A stretch of 29,499 nt of DNA from Candidatus Micrarchaeota archaeon (GTDB lineage: Archaea; Micrarchaeota; Micrarchaeia; CABMEP01). The position numbers were made by a program, and so were the translations under genes. Location: contig CAZJHL010000001.1 in the NCBI GenBank assembly GCA_964545865.1, positions 1 through 29,499 of the forward strand, given 5' to 3'. Under the pieces are notes generated by a model that made no database searches, was not told where the DNA came from, and saw nothing but the letters and a program-made list of their open reading frames with translations. Each line of letters begins with the position of its first letter. Within the stretch, counting starts at the first letter, position 1. Shown piece after piece: positions 1 to 8,853 of this stretch.

Positions 1-2
1 AC

Positions 3-218
3 GACAAGGAAGCATGCATCGGATGCGGAACATGCGCAGCGGTATGTTCAAAACATTGGAGAATGGCAAGCGATGGCAAATCAGAATTGATTGGCGCTAA
101 GAAGAATGGAAATGTTTTCGAATTGGAGGTCAAAGACATCGCATGCAACCAGGACGCTGCGGAGGCATGCCCTGTTAACTGCATACACATCGAAGACAAA
201 GGAAAAAGAAAGATATAA
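3..218 (+). CDS. Ferredoxin, single-cluster [4Fe-4S] type (5' partial)
   Basis: Hand translation from position 3 gives DKEACIGCGTCAAVC...DAAEACPVNCIHIE, with stop TAA at 216-218. It has the CxxCxxC...CP ferredoxin signature. Not in the ORF track. Confidence 0.9.
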   Translation, partial: DKEACIGCGTCAAVCSKHWRMASDGKSELIGAKKNGNVFELEVKDIACNQDAAEACPVNCIHIEDKGKRKI

Positions 219-286
219 TTGATGATTTTTTGATTGGTTTCTTATTTTTTCATTTTTGTTCATTTTAAATTTTTAAAGTGAAATAA

Positions 287-691
287 ATGGCTGACAAGCG
301 CGTTAAGGTCTATTGCTTCGGAAACCCGCTGGTTAAAGAAGATAGCTTACCATTGGAGATAATCCCAGAATTAAAGAAAAAATTCCCAAATATTGATTTT
401 ATTCCTGCAGAATCCCCCGATGATATCGAAGATGAAAATGAAATCAACATAATAGACATGGTAGATGGAATAGAAAATGTAAGTTTGATAACTGATATAG
501 ATGCAATATGCGATAACAGAAGATGTTCCATGCATGACTTTGATCTTGGAATGACTTTGAAGATAATGAAAAAGATGGGCAGAATAAGGAAAATAAATAT
601 ATTTGCGATTCCAATCCACTGCAAAAAAAGAGAAGCGATCAGGGAAATAGAAAAACTGCTGAGCGAAGCCCTAACTCCACTTGACTCTTAA
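287..691 (+). CDS. Hydrogenase maturation protease (HycI/HybD-like), divergent
   Basis: N-terminal FGNPLVKEDS, central IIDMV and late SMHDF match the E/D-D-H metal-binding layout of this family. It is adjacent to the hydrogenase large subunit and overlaps its 3' end by 21 bp (convergent). Confidence 0.8.
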   Translation: MADKRVKVYCFGNPLVKEDSLPLEIIPELKKKFPNIDFIPAESPDDIEDENEINIIDMVDGIENVSLITDIDAICDNRRCSMHDFDLGMTLKIMKKMGRIRKINIFAIPIHCKKREAIREIEKLLSEALTPLDS

Positions 692-1960
692 GAAATGGCT
701 TGCGCAAGACATGCACGGATCGTATGCCCTTATCAGTTTCTCTATGTTGTGCTCAATTGTGTGCCTGTCCATTCCTTCATCCAGGTTCTGTTGCACTAAT
801 TCCTTTATGTCTCTTTCCATGTTTACTTGATTCTGGGCTGTCGGAATGACAAGGAGTCCGTCTTTTACTATTCCTTTGTCTATGTTTAATTCGTAATATA
901 ATGTGCCTCTCGGCGCCTCCACCACGCCCACTCCTTTTCCTCTCGTTTCTTTGTATTTGCTAAGGTCTGGCAGATTTTCTTCCTTGAAGTTGCTGCTTTC
1001 AAGTATCTCTATCGAAGCATCTATGCAATGTAGCATTTCTATGGCCTGGGCAAGATTGTTGTGGAATATGTTTTTTGAAGGAAATACAGATATGAATTCA
1101 GACAGGTCTCTCAGTGTATCGCTATGCATGTTGTTGAGATTAAGGTTCAACCTGGACAAAGAACCGACTATATATTCCTCTCCTTTGAACTTGAAGCCCG
1201 TTGCCTGAGAATAAGGTATGACAACCCTATGCAGGTGCTCAGCGAAATCCTTTTCCTCCGCTTTCAAGCCGCTTGAGTCATATATCTTGCCGCTTATGAA
1301 GTTAAATTCTTTATCCACTAACGCAACGTTCCTCGCGCTGCAGAAGAATTCAAACTCAGAGTCAAAAAATAGCTCTACGAGATCAATCACATGTTCCCTT
1401 ACAGAGGCAAGCTCCGATATTGAGGTCTTAACGGCGTCTTTAGAAGGAATAGATGAAAATCCACCTATTCTGGGATACAGTGCATGCACCGCCCTGCCTG
1501 CAACAACAGTGGCAAGGTTGTTTGCCGCCTTTTTTACCTTAAGGCCGTTTTCAACCACTTTCATCTGCCTCTTGTCGAAATCCAATATTGAATCTTTTCC
1601 GAATATGTCTGGAAGGCAAAACATGTACAGGTGCATGGCATGGTCCCTGAGAATTGTGCCGAACATTGAAAGGTTTCTCAGCTTTATTGTTTGTTCAGAC
1701 GGCTCTATATCTAATGAGTTTTCAATCGCCTCTATGCAGCATGTCATATGGGAAAGGCTGCATGTGCCGCATATTCTTGAAACTATAGAATATATACTGT
1801 CTATGTTCATGCCTCTTACTGCCTGGGTGTAAAACCTTTTGTTTTCCACTATCTTCAACTTGGCGCTTTCCACTTTTCCGCTTTTCACCTTTATCTCCAC
1901 GCTCCCGTGCCCTTCGATCTTGCTCAAATCTTTTATTGATATGTCTGAAACATTGTGCAT
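671..1960 (-). CDS. [NiFe]-hydrogenase large (alpha) subunit, group 3b/sulfhydrogenase-like
   Basis: Contains KIEGHG, the L1 motif RICGTCSLSH, EAPRGTL and the L2 motif RAYDPCMSCASH, followed by a 7-aa cleavable tail FLRVKWS. 429 aa. Confidence 0.93.
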   Translation of the reverse strand: MHNVSDISIKDLSKIEGHGSVEIKVKSGKVESAKLKIVENKRFYTQAVRGMNIDSIYSIVSRICGTCSLSHMTCCIEAIENSLDIEPSEQTIKLRNLSMFGTILRDHAMHLYMFCLPDIFGKDSILDFDKRQMKVVENGLKVKKAANNLATVVAGRAVHALYPRIGGFSSIPSKDAVKTSISELASVREHVIDLVELFFDSEFEFFCSARNVALVDKEFNFISGKIYDSSGLKAEEKDFAEHLHRVVIPYSQATGFKFKGEEYIVGSLSRLNLNLNNMHSDTLRDLSEFISVFPSKNIFHNNLAQAIEMLHCIDASIEILESSNFKEENLPDLSKYKETRGKGVGVVEAPRGTLYYELNIDKGIVKDGLLVIPTAQNQVNMERDIKELVQQNLDEGMDRHTIEHNIEKLIRAYDPCMSCASHFLRVKWS

Positions 1961-1978
1961 AGGATCACCAATCTGAAA

Positions 1979-2485
1979 TCACGATGAGTGCTGCTCGATA
2001 AAAGAGGAAAGCTCTTTTACGAATAGGCTTCCATCCATCGGACAACCCGGAACTCTAAAATCAACTCTGATAAACTTTGAAACTGGCTCAACTGACTCAA
2101 GGTATTCAAACTTTTTCAATATCTGCTCTATTTCTTTCTTTTTTTCTGTGTCGAAATTGTTCCTCAATCCAGCAGGCATGCCGGTAAGTGCACAAGACCC
2201 CACAGCCATTACGAATTTCGACTTGTCTCTTATTTCTTTTAAAAGCTCAGCCTCTTCTTTTGTCGAGATTGCGCCTTCCACTATTGCAAGATCCAACTCA
2301 CCTAGGTTATTCTTGGATTTAAGAATCTTAAAATGTCTGAACTCAATCCTTTCAGACCATTCCTTAAATTTGTCATTTAGGAGCTCTACAAATATGATTG
2401 CACAACCTTCGCAGCAGGTGAATGTGAACCACCCCACTCTTATTTTCTTATCCTTTCTTGCATTTCCCAAATACCTTTCCTTCAT
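1979..2485 (-). CDS. [NiFe]-hydrogenase small (delta) subunit, proximal-cluster domain only
   Basis: Motifs FTCCEGC, VEGAI, GSCA and VPGCP. The start was moved to the ATG at 2485 (MKERYLG, preceded by GGTGA) because the track ORF overlaps the upstream gene. The protein ends about 20 aa after GCP. Confidence 0.88.
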   Translation of the reverse strand: MKERYLGNARKDKKIRVGWFTFTCCEGCAIIFVELLNDKFKEWSERIEFRHFKILKSKNNLGELDLAIVEGAISTKEEAELLKEIRDKSKFVMAVGSCALTGMPAGLRNNFDTEKKKEIEQILKKFEYLESVEPVSKFIRVDFRVPGCPMDGSLFVKELSSFIEQHSS

Positions 2486-2508
2486 TTCACCACTCTGACA
2501 TAGACTAT

Positions 2509-3372
2509 TCAATCGTAAATCTTTAATGACTTCCTTATTCTTGGAGATGTGAAGCTCCATGATTTCTCGAGAAATCTAATCAGCATTACAAAGATCAGAT
2601 TTAAGAAAATCCCAAATGATACGAATACAAAAACAATAGAAAGAATCGTCAATATTAAAAGAAGAAGGTTAAAAGTGAACTGCAAAGATACAAAGTTCAG
2701 AAGCATAAAGACTATGAGCAACGGAATTACAGGAAATGAGAACAGAACTGAAAAGCTTGCCTTCCAGTCGTCCTCGCTAGGGGTGGATGTAAGTGAGGCC
2801 ACGATCATAAAATATAGGAAGATGACTGAAAATAGTGATGGCGAGGTTAGCAGTGAGAATAGCAGATTAACCAAAGGAAGAACTATAGAAGATATAATTG
2901 AGATGTAAGATTCAAAGCTTAGATCTGGTTTGGCTTCTAACAATTTGTATATCGGTACGTTTACCTGGAATAGAATTATGCTGAAAATGAAAAGAGCTAA
3001 AGAAGGAATGAAAGCAGGCGCAAATGCAGCTATTATTGTTGAAATCCAACCTCCTATCGATTGAGAGGTTCTTGCTGCAATTCTTCCTCCTTTTGAGGTT
3101 ACGAACGATTCTTTCAAATTTATCTCAGAACCAGTGAATAGTGCTGCAAAGAAATGAGACAATTCATGTATGGCGATAGCAAATTCAACAATAAGCCATT
3201 CTGTCAACCTGTATTTATAAAGAGATGGAAATATGAACTTTCTTGTTATGAAAAGCAAGACAACAGACTGTATAAACCAAAAAAGAAGCACACCTATGAA
3301 TATTAGGATTGGTGTAAAGATGTACGGAACTATGTATGAAACAATCCCTGGGTCGGATGGCATTTTGCTCAC
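2509..3372 (-). CDS. Multi-pass membrane zinc metalloprotease, M50/site-2-protease-like
   Basis: IHELSH (HExxH) lies within a hydrophobic segment, there are several transmembrane stretches, and a later PSEDD motif could supply the third metal ligand. Confidence 0.65.
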   Translation of the reverse strand: MSKMPSDPGIVSYIVPYIFTPILIFIGVLLFWFIQSVVLLFITRKFIFPSLYKYRLTEWLIVEFAIAIHELSHFFAALFTGSEINLKESFVTSKGGRIAARTSQSIGGWISTIIAAFAPAFIPSLALFIFSIILFQVNVPIYKLLEAKPDLSFESYISIISSIVLPLVNLLFSLLTSPSLFSVIFLYFMIVASLTSTPSEDDWKASFSVLFSFPVIPLLIVFMLLNFVSLQFTFNLLLLILTILSIVFVFVSFGIFLNLIFVMLIRFLEKSWSFTSPRIRKSLKIYD

Positions 3373-3427
3373 TGAAAAGATATTACTGTATAAGTTTTAA
3401 AATCTGTCCAGTTGATATCTAAACTAG

Positions 3428-3778
3428 ATGTCTATGGCAAATAAGAAAAAACAAAATCAACAAAAGGAAAATGAAGATAATGTGGCTAATTTCAAAGAAA
3501 GAGTCTATCATATCCTTGCAAAGGTACCAAAGGGTAAGGCGATAACATATAAAAGACTGGCTGAACTTGCAGGTAACAGGAAGGCCGCACGGGCAGTAGG
3601 AAGCCTAATGAGGAAAAACAAAGATCCTGGAAAAATCCCTTGCTACAAAGTTGTCAAAAGCAGTGGCGAAATTGGCAGGTATTCTGCAAAGGGTGGAGTG
3701 AATAAGAAAATTGAACTACTAAAAAAGGACGGAATAAAAATAAAAAACGGAAGAATAGAAAAAGAATTTTTGTATTGA
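3428..3778 (+). CDS. Methylated-DNA--protein-cysteine methyltransferase-like protein (MGMT/Ogt DNA-binding domain only)
   Basis: KVPKGKAITYKRLAELAG..AARAVGS..IPCYKVV..GRYS matches the Ogt HTH and active-site region. The canonical PCHR reads PCYK. Confidence 0.85.
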   Translation: MSMANKKKQNQQKENEDNVANFKERVYHILAKVPKGKAITYKRLAELAGNRKAARAVGSLMRKNKDPGKIPCYKVVKSSGEIGRYSAKGGVNKKIELLKKDGIKIKNGRIEKEFLY

Positions 3779-3841
3779 CAACAAGTGCGACAAACCAGAT
3801 AAGAGGTTAAGATTGCTTCTTATTCGTTTCTCTTTTGCCGC

Positions 3842-4138
3842 TTATTTCTTCTTTGATTCGCTGAACTGCTTCTTTATCCTTTCTTCCTGCTTCTCCAGTA
3901 TCTGTATCCTTGCCTCTAATGTGGCTTTTTTGTCGTTTAAATCCTTCACGACTTCTTCTTTCGTTGATTTAAGAAGCACTGGACCTACCAACCTATATAT
4001 GTCTCCTTTTGCAGATTCTATCTCTTTTAGAGCATGGTCTATCTCGTCAGATTGTATTTTCATCTGCTGCTTCTGAAGAGAGAGTATCTGAAGCTGCTGC
4101 TGCAATGACTGCAATTCCAATTGTCTGTCTTCTTCCAT
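3842..4138 (-). CDS. pfdB: Prefoldin beta subunit
   Basis: Two coiled coils flank the beta-hairpin IYRLVGPVLLK. It occupies the usual last position of the exosome superoperon. Confidence 0.92.
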   Translation of the reverse strand: MEEDRQLELQSLQQQLQILSLQKQQMKIQSDEIDHALKEIESAKGDIYRLVGPVLLKSTKEEVVKDLNDKKATLEARIQILEKQEERIKKQFSESKKK

Positions 4139-4269
4139 AAAAACACCCCGTTTAAATAAATACTGTTACAAACGTTGCAAATATATTCTATATATAAGTA
4201 TGAAAGTTAATAATTCTTTACCTAACTTGATTACGTATAAATGCTACATCCTCTTTCTTTTTAATGTGT

Positions 4270-4512
4270 TTACTCTTCAGCAAAGTTCTGAATTCCTTTT
4301 ATGACTTTTAAGGCCCTCAACTGAGATCCTACCGCTGCATGGAGGGAAGCGAGGTCTTCTGCAGTTATCGATATTATTATATTTTGATTGGATTTTGAGA
4401 TGCTGATCCTTGCTCTTCCCTTAAAGTCGAGCTCTGGCTGCAGAGATTTATATGCATCGTCTAGTTCTTTCTTACTGCTAAACGGCATCTCTATTGTGAG
4501 TTTTATTTCCAT
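4270..4512 (-). CDS. pcc1: KEOPS complex subunit Pcc1
   Basis: 80 aa with YKSLQPE...ITAEDLASLHAAVGSQLR, and conserved synteny between Brix and pfdB. Confidence 0.85.
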   Translation of the reverse strand: MEIKLTIEMPFSSKKELDDAYKSLQPELDFKGRARISISKSNQNIIISITAEDLASLHAAVGSQLRALKVIKGIQNFAEE

Positions 4513-4533
4513 GAAAACACCTAGGAATAAACG

Positions 4534-5028
4534 TTACTCTTCATTCTCTCTTGATTCTAAAAGTTGCTTTATTTTTAATTGCATTTTTTTGTCTTTGTAT
4601 TTGAATACTAATGAATTATCCGAAATTATAAATTTTGCTGTATCATCAGTGGTAGGTTCGGGGATATCGAAAAGATTTGCAATTCTTTGAGAATTCACTG
4701 ACTTTTCTCTATTCTTTATTATCATCTCTACTTCCTTGTTTATCCTGCCTATCTTCTTATGTACGAATTCAGTATCAGCTGAAAATATTATGAAGGGAAA
4801 GACCCATCTCCACTCATCACTAGTATCTATAAATGCAAGCTTGTTCGGATTGCCTTTTGTCTCGCTCACAACGATTATCCTTGAATGCCCTAGCTCATCT
4901 GCCCTTGTTATGACATCCTCGATTGATTTCTTCCCTCTTGGCTCGTATTTTGCATTTAGGAAAGTTGCGATATTTGATGCTAGAATTTTAGTAGAAAGAG
5001 AAGATTTCCTGCTTGTAGTAACATACAT
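4534..5028 (-). CDS. Brix-domain (Imp4-like) ribosome biogenesis protein
   Basis: MYVTTSRK...RGKKSIE...ETKGNPNKL is the Brix N-terminal signature. Start placed at the ATG at 5028. Synteny is consistent. Confidence 0.88.
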   Translation of the reverse strand: MYVTTSRKSSLSTKILASNIATFLNAKYEPRGKKSIEDVITRADELGHSRIIVVSETKGNPNKLAFIDTSDEWRWVFPFIIFSADTEFVHKKIGRINKEVEMIIKNREKSVNSQRIANLFDIPEPTTDDTAKFIISDNSLVFKYKDKKMQLKIKQLLESRENEE

Positions 5029-5080
5029 CAAACCACTTGATGAATAATGAATAGGAAAAGTAAACAAAAAATAAAAAAAA

Positions 5081-5209
5081 TTAATCTGTCTTTACAACTC
5101 TTGCTACTGGTAAAGAAGGTTTGTAAAGAATTCTCCATGCGCAATATGGGCATCTTACAAAGTTTGTGACTTCTTCGATTTCCTTTCCGCAGTTTCCACA
5201 GATGTACAA
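5081..5209 (-). CDS. rpoP: RNA polymerase subunit P (Rpo12)
   Basis: Hand translation from the TTG start 4 nt after GGTGA gives MYICGNCGKEIEEVTNFVRCPYCAWRILYKPSLPVARVVKTD (42 aa): a zinc ribbon plus the RILYK motif, between rpl37ae and Brix. Too short for the ORF track. Confidence 0.93.
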   Translation of the reverse strand: MYICGNCGKEIEEVTNFVRCPYCAWRILYKPSLPVARVVKTD

Positions 5210-5262
5210 TTAATCACCTTTTTAGATCACAATAACCGATTCTAGCAGTCGTTATTTATTGT

Positions 5263-5505
5263 TTATTGCTTCTTGTTGTAGTCAGAGATGATACGGGCTA
5301 CTGTCTCTCCGAATTGGGTTGTAGGAGAATATGCTCCTCCCGCAAATCGATATGAACAGGACTTGCATTCCCAAACACCACTGGAAACCCTTCTTACCTT
5401 TGCCTTACCACATGAAGGGCATTTGTATCTCTGCTTCAACTGCTTCTTTACAGATTCCAAACGAATCTTAACAGAACGTCCTCCTCTTATTGTAGGGGAT
5501 ACCAT
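5263..5505 (-). CDS. rpl37ae: 50S ribosomal protein L37ae (eL43)
   Basis: YKCPSCGKAKVRRVSSGVWECKSCSYRFAGGAY motif. Start at the ATG at 5505, after the RBS GGAGTGA. Confidence 0.95.
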   Translation of the reverse strand: MVSPTIRGGRSVKIRLESVKKQLKQRYKCPSCGKAKVRRVSSGVWECKSCSYRFAGGAYSPTTQFGETVARIISDYNKKQ

Positions 5506-5572
5506 ATTAATCACTCCATTTAAATATTACAACTACATATGCAAATAATAAGCACATGTTCGATAGTTGCAA

Positions 5573-6352
5573 TCATATTTTCTCCAAAAGACTTAATAAA
5601 TATTTTCTTTGCTCGAAAGATTTGTCAAGCAGAGAGATGATCTCATCCTTGCTGAAAGCGCCCGGGCCTGCCTTCTGTATAGCATAAAGCATGCCATCTC
5701 CAACGCAGTAGGTAATTCTTGCGTCAGCAACGATCTCCTCCGCATATGTCGGGTCAAGGATTATGTCTTTGCCGATCTTTACAAATGTACACTGTGTAGG
5801 TATGTTCAAGAGCTTCTTTGGCGTCATCTCTTCCCTTATGATTTTCTCATTTTCATACTTTGGAACCTTCATGCTCTGTAAAGCTGCTGTAGCTGCGAGC
5901 GCTGCTGCATCAAGAAGATTTCCATCATGATCGAGTGTATATATATCTACGAATACTCCCCAGACCTTTCCTTCTTCTATGAATAAGGACTTCAAATCCA
6001 CCGCCTCTGCAGCTCGTATTCCTCTATCTACCACTCTCGCAAGCTCTATTGACTCTTCTGATGGCGGCCCTTCTTCGAATGTTTCATGCGCAGTGGGAAG
6101 AAGGTCTGCATTAACAGTCAATGTTCCTTCTGTAGGCCTGTCTGAAAATGGCTCTACAACTTCAAGCTTCACTCCAGCCATAACCCTGGATTTTCCTATG
6201 GTGACATCCGCTGATCCTTCTGCAGCAGATATGACGTTTGTCTTAATGCTTATCTCTCTGTACTGATCAAAAGACCTGCCATCTGTTCTCTTTCCGAGCT
6301 TAAGCATATCTTTTACAGCTTCCTTCTTTAACTCATCAATTACCATAACCAT
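5573..6352 (-). CDS. rrp42: Exosome core subunit Rrp42
   Basis: RNase PH fold motifs GKRTDGRSFDQYR, AEGSADV, ELARVVDRGIR and DGNLLDAA. Synteny is consistent. Confidence 0.95.
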   Translation of the reverse strand: MVMVIDELKKEAVKDMLKLGKRTDGRSFDQYREISIKTNVISAAEGSADVTIGKSRVMAGVKLEVVEPFSDRPTEGTLTVNADLLPTAHETFEEGPPSEESIELARVVDRGIRAAEAVDLKSLFIEEGKVWGVFVDIYTLDHDGNLLDAAALAATAALQSMKVPKYENEKIIREEMTPKKLLNIPTQCTFVKIGKDIILDPTYAEEIVADARITYCVGDGMLYAIQKAGPGAFSKDEIISLLDKSFEQRKYLLSLLEKI

Positions 6353-6376
6353 GTGATCACCTTTGTTGTTCTTTAC

Positions 6377-7192
6377 TCACTGTTCTTGTACTCCAGCTTC
6401 CTGCTGTCCGAGAAGTCCTTGCTCCTCTTCAATTACTGATGAACCGTTACCATTCCCTTCCTCTATGCTTGCAGATGATTTCTTAAAGAACTCTCTCAAC
6501 GCCTCTATCTGCTTTTCCCTTATTTCGGGAACCTTTGCGAATGCAAGATCAAGTGCGTGAATGAATTCATCTCTCGTCATCTTTCCATCCATCTGAAGAA
6601 GTATTACTTCGCCTGTCGTTGGGTTTATTGCCAACGGCATGTCTGCCTGGCCGAAGTTGTCCTCTTCCTTCATCATGTCAACAGCTATCTTATTGTCAAT
6701 CTTCCCTACAGACACCCCTATAGGTATGTCCTTCATAGGTATTCCTGCATTTGCAAGTGCGACCGCAGCTGCGGTAAGGCCTGCGACTCTTGTCGAGCCC
6801 TGGCCTTCAAGAATGTCCACATAAATGTCGATCGCTGTCTTTGGATAAACTTCCTTAATCACAACTGATTCGAACGCCTCTTTCATGACCTTTGATATCT
6901 CTCTTGACCTTCTGTTCGGGCCCGCTCTCCCGTGCTCCTCTGTTGAGAAAGGAGCCATCATGTACCTGCATCTAACTATCGAGCCGTAAAGGTTGGTTTC
7001 GTGCTTTGGAAAAACCTCTCTTGGCCCGTAAACTGCAGCAAGAACCTTGTTCTTCCCCCATGTGAGGTAAGCGCTGCCGTTCGCCCTGTTAAGCACTCCT
7101 GCCTCTATTGTTATTGGCCTCAAATCCTCTAAGCCTCGCCCATCTAATCTCTTGCCGTTTACGATCAACGGCACTTCTGAATTTCCTCCCAT
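6377..7192 (-). CDS. rrp41: Exosome catalytic subunit Rrp41
   Basis: RLDGR...LRPI, GSAYL, GPREVFP, RRSREISKV, GSTR and KEEDNFGQADMP, so the phosphate-binding and catalytic residues are retained. Confidence 0.96.
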   Translation of the reverse strand: MGGNSEVPLIVNGKRLDGRGLEDLRPITIEAGVLNRANGSAYLTWGKNKVLAAVYGPREVFPKHETNLYGSIVRCRYMMAPFSTEEHGRAGPNRRSREISKVMKEAFESVVIKEVYPKTAIDIYVDILEGQGSTRVAGLTAAAVALANAGIPMKDIPIGVSVGKIDNKIAVDMMKEEDNFGQADMPLAINPTTGEVILLQMDGKMTRDEFIHALDLAFAKVPEIREKQIEALREFFKKSSASIEEGNGNGSSVIEEEQGLLGQQEAGVQEQ

Positions 7193-7247
7193 TTAATTCA
7201 CCTCTAATAATTATTATATTTGATTTTTGAATCTATGTAATCCACTA

Positions 7248-7892
7248 TTAGAATCTGTATTGCTCCCTTGGAGTCTGGAATCTCTGAAGCATTTCTTGAG
7301 TAACCCCAAGATATTCCATTATCCTGTCTGTAAGCCCGCTTGTATGGGCTTCCCTCGCAATCTTTTCTATCGCGTCTATCGCCTTTGCAGAATTCTGGCC
7401 TTTAATCCAGATAAGGCCGTTCTTCCCTACGAGTATCTCGCATCCAGTCCCTGCCTTGAGTATGTTCAGCATGGACGAATGTTTTCCGATAACTCTTGAT
7501 ATCTTTGTTGGAGAAATGTCAATTATCTCTCCCCCTGTAAGCTTCATCGGCCTTGAAAGCCAGATGTCCTTCACTTCGCTTATCTCTGAAACCTCAGCCA
7601 ATATTATGTCGCCAACATTGAACGTGGTCCTAAGCATCTTTGAGGAAAGCAGTCCGTGGTATGGGGAAAATAGGTTTACACCGTATCCTATCACCTTCTC
7701 CTCTTCTATTATTCCTATCACGCTGTCTCTCAATGATGGAAGGTATGATGCTTTTATTGGCATGAATTTGGTTTGCTGCTCATCAAACATCCCAACTATT
7801 GCTGCGTATGTTTTTCCTTCCTTAATGTATGTATAAGGATTCCTTATTGGCTTGTCTAAAAGCAAATCGCCAGGTATTACTAATCTTCCCAT
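7248..7892 (-). CDS. rrp4: Exosome cap subunit Rrp4 (S1 + KH)
   Basis: VIPGDLL, YLPSLRDSVIGII, PTKISRVIGK (KH), GKNGLIWI and EAHTSGLTDRI. Confidence 0.95.
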   Translation of the reverse strand: MGRLVIPGDLLLDKPIRNPYTYIKEGKTYAAIVGMFDEQQTKFMPIKASYLPSLRDSVIGIIEEEKVIGYGVNLFSPYHGLLSSKMLRTTFNVGDIILAEVSEISEVKDIWLSRPMKLTGGEIIDISPTKISRVIGKHSSMLNILKAGTGCEILVGKNGLIWIKGQNSAKAIDAIEKIAREAHTSGLTDRIMEYLGVTQEMLQRFQTPREQYRF

Positions 7893-8064
7893 TTAATTCA
7901 CCTTTCTGTTGTTTCAGTTTTCTTAACAATATCATATCTCTTTTACAGCTATTCCATGTATAAAATAGTCAGTATGAAAAGTCCTCTCTTAATCAACGCC
8001 TAAGCAATAATAAGGGCATTAAAGCGCGAAAAGATGAGAATATAATATCTTATACACTCAATCA

Positions 8065-8072
8065 TATTTAAA
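8065..8072 (-). promoter_or_regulatory. Candidate BRE/TATA promoter for rrp4-rrp41-rrp42
   Basis: The minus strand reads AAAAGGAAAG-TTTTAAATA, a purine-rich BRE followed by TTTAAATA, within the 211-bp SBDS-rrp4 gap. Confidence 0.5.
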
Positions 8073-8103
8073 ACTTTCCTTTTCAAGCCCCTAACTTGTC
8101 AAC

Positions 8104-8805
8104 TTACTTTTTGTCTTTTGGCATGTTCTTTACTTGGGCCCTGCCCGCTGTAAGCTTGTTTATCTTGTCAAGGAATTCAGTCTGCATACCTGCAGGTATC
8201 TCTATGACTGCCACTAACGAGCCGTCAGCTTGCCATTCCTCTTTTTGCACGTTGTATGACTTTATACTTCCGTAAAGCCTCTGTGCAAGATCTGCAGGTA
8301 TTTTTATTGCGTATACTGCAGTGTCTATTTTCATAGGCAGAAGCGTTCTTAATGCTGAAATTACCTCATTAACCTGATTTTCTGCAGGCTTGAATGGATC
8401 TATATGTATCTTAACCTCTTCCATTGCCTTTTCAATTCTTTGAGGGGGGTGGGGGGCGTTTGTTCTTGGATCTATCGTCTCCCTTGCCAAGATGGCCACT
8501 ATCTTCTTTCTTTTTTCCTCCACCATCTGCCTTCTTTGCTCTGTTGTGATAGGAACGTCCCCATTAAGCACTATTCTTTTTCCTATCTCGAATACATCCT
8601 CTGTCCCGAATGCCTTCTTTACTTTTTCTCCTGAAGCCCTTTCTCCCTTCTTGGCATCCTTGAAAACCTCTTCAACCATCATCACATTGTTGAAGTCCTT
8701 CTTCTTCCCGAGCTTGAAATCAAGAGCCGTATTCGGATCCACATATATCTCAAATGTTTCTCCATTTATCTTGATGGAGGCAACGACTGCCCTCTCTATT
8801 CCCAT
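8104..8805 (-). CDS. Ribosome maturation factor SBDS/Sdo1
   Basis: [43 protein letters not shown] and IDPFKPAE motifs. Confidence 0.96.
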   Translation of the reverse strand: MGIERAVVASIKINGETFEIYVDPNTALDFKLGKKKDFNNVMMVEEVFKDAKKGERASGEKVKKAFGTEDVFEIGKRIVLNGDVPITTEQRRQMVEEKRKKIVAILARETIDPRTNAPHPPQRIEKAMEEVKIHIDPFKPAENQVNEVISALRTLLPMKIDTAVYAIKIPADLAQRLYGSIKSYNVQKEEWQADGSLVAVIEIPAGMQTEFLDKINKLTAGRAQVKNMPKDKK

Positions 8806-8853
8806 AAAACTACCTCTCCATTGCCGTTCCTATGTCTTACTTATCTGCGAAAA

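Noticed and set aside
671-1960. Selenocysteine ([NiFeSe]) hydrogenase
   Set aside because: All four L1/L2 ligands are Cys codons, the ORF is open to its stop, and no recoded in-frame TGA is needed.
8444-8456. G6-T-G6 run as a G-quadruplex or phase-variation tract
   Set aside because: It is explained by codons for the conserved APHPP motif of SBDS on the minus strand, and the frame is intact.
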